A stretch of 20,000 bases of DNA from Chiloscyllium plagiosum (lineage: Eukaryota): the NCBI RefSeq assembly GCF_004010195.1, contig NC_057750.1, forward strand, positions 4,861,017 through 4,881,016. The letters are read 5' to 3'. Within the stretch, counting starts at the first letter, position 1. Each line of letters begins with the position of its first letter. The notes under the pieces are model-generated. The model searched no databases and was not told the origin of the DNA. It worked only from the letters and a program-made list of their open reading frames with translations. Both the position numbers and the translations under genes were made by a program. Positions 19,747-20,000 of the stretch are shown in pieces.

Positions 19747-20000
19747 ATCAGACCCCATCACCAGGGATATATTTCCCTCCCCATCCCTATCAGCATTCTG
19801 GAAAGATCATTCCTTCCACGACTCCCTCGTCAGATCCACACCCCACACCTACCCAACCTCCACTCCCGGCACCTGACCCTGCATCCGCAAGAAATGCAAA
19901 ACTTGCGCCCACACCTCCCCCCTCACTTCCCTCCAAGGCCCCAAGGATCCTTCCAATATCCGTCAGAAATTCACCTGCACCTCCACACACATCATTTACT
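19747..20000 (+). mobile_element. Penelope-like (Neptune-type) ORF fragment: linker, Cys motif and start of the GIY-YIG domain; inactivated
   Basis: DPITRDIFPSPSLSAF..DSLVRS..PGT*PCIRKKCKTC..FTCTSTHIIY, with an in-frame stop at 19874-19876. Confidence 0.85.

Overview
Vertebrate nuclear DNA, very probably from a shark or other elasmobranch, inferred from its repeat content: HE1/V-SINE-like SINEs, HER1/CR1-like LINE 3' ends, Deu-domain SINEs and Penelope-like elements (PLE). Much of the window is decayed, often nested transposable elements. The unique sequence holds three main things. (1) The 5' end of an unidentified minus-strand gene: a CpG-island promoter at ~6870-7200 and three phase-compatible micro-exons (7087-7072, 3077-3040, 1142-1094) encoding MSEPKASEPKTGADSGSESSESQGETSEPSHVSE. 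(2) A second CpG-island promoter at ~10985-11350, probably a divergent plus-strand gene, with paired CCAAT boxes, PBX, YY1 and a splice donor. (3) A 30-bp minisatellite in intron 1 of the minus-strand gene. Less obvious observations: a 47-aa single-TM small ORF just upstream of the first promoter that is absent from the ORF track; several minimal hammerhead-ribozyme motifs in PLE ends, some as inverted pairs; a 51-bp-arm hairpin that appears to be a template-switch product; a TA-flanked MITE; and a probable solo LTR. Most ORFs in the supplied track are repeat artefacts. Repeat family calls come from recalled consensus motifs rather than database searches, and repeat boundaries are approximate. 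I found no clearly novel multi-gene system.
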